Positions 62,006-64,000 of a stretch of DNA of 64,000 bases are shown one piece after another (within the stretch, counting starts at the first letter, position 1; each line of letters begins with the position of its first letter). The DNA is taken from positions 60,440-124,439 of the forward strand of contig CAYSCX010000006.1 of assembly GCA_964429575.1 (NCBI GenBank). The letters are read 5' to 3'. The notes under the pieces were generated by a model. The model was not told the origin of the DNA, made no database searches, and was given only the letters and a program-made list of their open reading frames with translations. The DNA is from an uncultured Candidatus Binatia bacterium (GTDB lineage: Bacteria; Desulfobacterota; Binatia; Binatales; Binataceae). A program made the position numbers and the translations under genes.

Positions 62006-64000
62006 AGGGCAGCGCCGCGCCAGCCAAGGCCGGAGAAGATTCCCTCTCTGCGAACACGCTCCGGCTGAAGGTCGCGGAAGCGATGAGCAAGGATGCGGGC
62101 CGCGCGTACGCCCGCATCAGCCCCGACGATATCGAGCAGCTCGGCGTCTCGATCGGCGACACCGTCGAGATCGCCGGCAAACGCCGCACCGTGTGCAAGG
62201 TCATGCCCGCGCACACGGAGTTCCGCGGCAAGTCGTGTGTCCAGATGGACGGGGTTAGCCGCGAGAACGCCGGCGCTGGGCTGGATGAGTTCGCCGTGCT
62301 GCGCAAGGTCGCATGCCGCATCGCGGATCATGTGATCCTGGCGCCGGTGAACGCGGCGCCTTCCGCGCGCGACCTCGACTATATCGGCGGCCTGCTCGAC
62401 GGTTTGCCGGTTGTCGAGGGCGACCGGGTGAGGGCGACCCTGTTCGGCAGCCGCTGGGCCGATTTCAAGGTGCAGGGCGTGAGCCCCAAAGGGCCGGTGC
62501 TGATCGGCACCAACACGCGATTGACCATCGGCGAGGCCAGCAGCGACAAGGTCGCCCGGTCGGCGGTTTCCTACGAAGACGTGGGCGGGCTCAAGCCGCA
62601 ATTGCGGCGGATTCGCGAACTGATCGAACTGCCGCTGCGCCATCCCGAGATCTTCGAACGGCTCGGAATCGACGCGCCCAAGGGTGTGCTGCTCTACGGC
62701 CCGCCGGGATGCGGCAAGACGCTGATCGCGCGCGCGATCGCCCACGAGACTGAGGCCAGCTTCCTGTCGGTCAGCGGCCCTGAGGTGGTGCACAAATTCT
62801 ACGGCGAGAGCGAGGCCCATCTGCGGAAGATCTTCGAGGAGGCGGCCCGCAAGGCGCCGAGCATCGTGTTCATCGACGAGATCGACGCGATCGCGCCGCA
62901 GCGCGAGCGGGTGGTGGGCGAAGTCGAGAAGCGAATCGTGGCGCAGTTGCTCGCGCTGATGGACGGCCTCAACCGCCGCGAGAACGTCATCGTGATCGCC
63001 GCCACCAATATTCCCAACGCGCTCGATCCCGCCTTGCGGCGCCCCGGCCGCTTCGATCGCGAGGTGGCAATTCCCATTCCGGACCGTCGCGGGCGGCTCG
63101 AGATGCTTGAGATCCACAGCCGCGGGATGCCGCTCGCGCAGGACGTGGAGCTCGAACGCCTGGCCGACATCACCCACGGCTTCGTCGGTGCGGATCTGGA
63201 GGCGCTGTGCCGGGAGGCGGCGATGCTGACCCTGCGCCGCATCATGCCCGACGTCGACCTGGCCGCGGAGCATTTTTCCTACGAGTTGCTTGCCGACCTC
63301 GAAGTCAGAATGGCGGATTTCCTGGAGGCGCTCCGCGAGGTGGAGCCCTCCGCGATTCGCGAAGTCTTCATCGAGGTGCCCAACGTTGCATGGGACGACG
63401 TCGGCGGGCTCGCCGCGTTCAAGCAACGTCTGCGGGAATGCGTCGAATGGCCGCTGAAGTACGGCGAGTTGTTCGCACAAGCCCGGATCGCTGCGCCCAA
63501 GGGCATTTTGCTCGTGGGCCCTCCGGGATGCGGAAAGACTTTGCTGGCCAAGGCGCTCGCCACCGAGAGCGGCGTCAATTTCATTTCGGTCAAAGGTCCC
63601 GAGTTGATGTCGAAATACGTGGGAGAATCGGAGCGGGCGCTACGAGACGTCTTTCGCACGGCCCGTCAGGCAGCGCCCACCATCATGTTCTTCGACGAAA
63701 TCGACGCGCTGGCGCCGGCGCGCGGCAGCGGACTGACCAGCGAAGGGGTTGCGGAAAGAATGCTCAGTCAGTTCCTGACCGAGTTCGATGGAATCGAGGA
63801 GCTGAAGGGCGTACTGGTGCTCGGCGCGACCAATCGGTTGGATCGGCTCGATCCAGCGGTGCTCAGGCCCGGGCGCTTCGAAGAGATCCTCGAAATTCCC
63901 CCGCTCGACGAATCCGATCGCCGGGAGATTCTGGCGGTTCATCTCCGCGACAGCCCGCTTAATCCGCAAATTGACATCGCGGAATTGGCGGCCCGGTGCG
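62002..64000 (+). CDS. CDC48/p97-family AAA+ ATPase, 3' end outside window and absent from the ORF track
   Basis: Manual translation from GTG 62002: LKVAEA..DAGR N-domain, YEDVGG, GPPGCGKT twice, FIDEID/FFDEID, ALRRPGRFD. Confidence 0.93.
   Translation, partial: MKGSAAPAKAGEDSLSANTLRLKVAEAMSKDAGRAYARISPDDIEQLGVSIGDTVEIAGKRRTVCKVMPAHTEFRGKSCVQMDGVSRENAGAGLDEFAVLRKVACRIADHVILAPVNAAPSARDLDYIGGLLDGLPVVEGDRVRATLFGSRWADFKVQGVSPKGPVLIGTNTRLTIGEASSDKVARSAVSYEDVGGLKPQLRRIRELIELPLRHPEIFERLGIDAPKGVLLYGPPGCGKTLIARAIAHETEASFLSVSGPEVVHKFYGESEAHLRKIFEEAARKAPSIVFIDEIDAIAPQRERVVGEVEKRIVAQLLALMDGLNRRENVIVIAATNIPNALDPALRRPGRFDREVAIPIPDRRGRLEMLEIHSRGMPLAQDVELERLADITHGFVGADLEALCREAAMLTLRRIMPDVDLAAEHFSYELLADLEVRMADFLEALREVEPSAIREVFIEVPNVAWDDVGGLAAFKQRLRECVEWPLKYGELFAQARIAAPKGILLVGPPGCGKTLLAKALATESGVNFISVKGPELMSKYVGESERALRDVFRTARQAAPTIMFFDEIDALAPARGSGLTSEGVAERMLSQFLTEFDGIEELKGVLVLGATNRLDRLDPAVLRPGRFEEILEIPPLDESDRREILAVHLRDSPLNPQIDIAELAARC

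Noticed and set aside
57290-63480. Long minus-strand ORFs of 497, 280, 261 and 574 aa
   Set aside because: Antisense shadows of the gvp genes and CDC48

Overview
High-GC bacterial chromosome segment. The split atp operon (atpF'-F-H-A-G-D-C behind a bactofilin, no atpBE) suggests a deltaproteobacteria-related lineage such as Binatota; this is inference only. Bases 1-37 kb are mostly core genes: cobT/cobS/cobU, a cobalamin riboswitch with btuB, glnE, Fur-boxed bfd-bfr, aroA, F1Fo ATP synthase genes, miaB, rpsU, asnS and trxA. A ~3 kb islet interrupts this part. It is bounded by an exact 165-bp duplication of the bfr 3' end and carries an OLD-type TOPRIM protein without an ATPase domain plus a possible nuclease. 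From tRNA-Ser(GGA) at 36937 onward the window is an accessory region. A ~200-bp sequence that follows the tRNA 3' end recurs three times (plus one degenerate copy) and divides the cargo into cassettes: (1) small redox enzymes and a glycosylation block; (2) an IrrE/ImmA peptidase + XRE HTH pair divergent from a GNAT/acyl-synthase-like gene and an isoprenoid-synthase-fold gene; (3) IS remnants, then a sigma54-driven gas vesicle operon with its own activator, a zinc-ribbon protein, Hsp20 and CDC48, running off the window end. A CTAG-flanked MITE occurs three times, each time at a TAG stop codon in the same orientation. No CRISPR array and no island integrase were seen.
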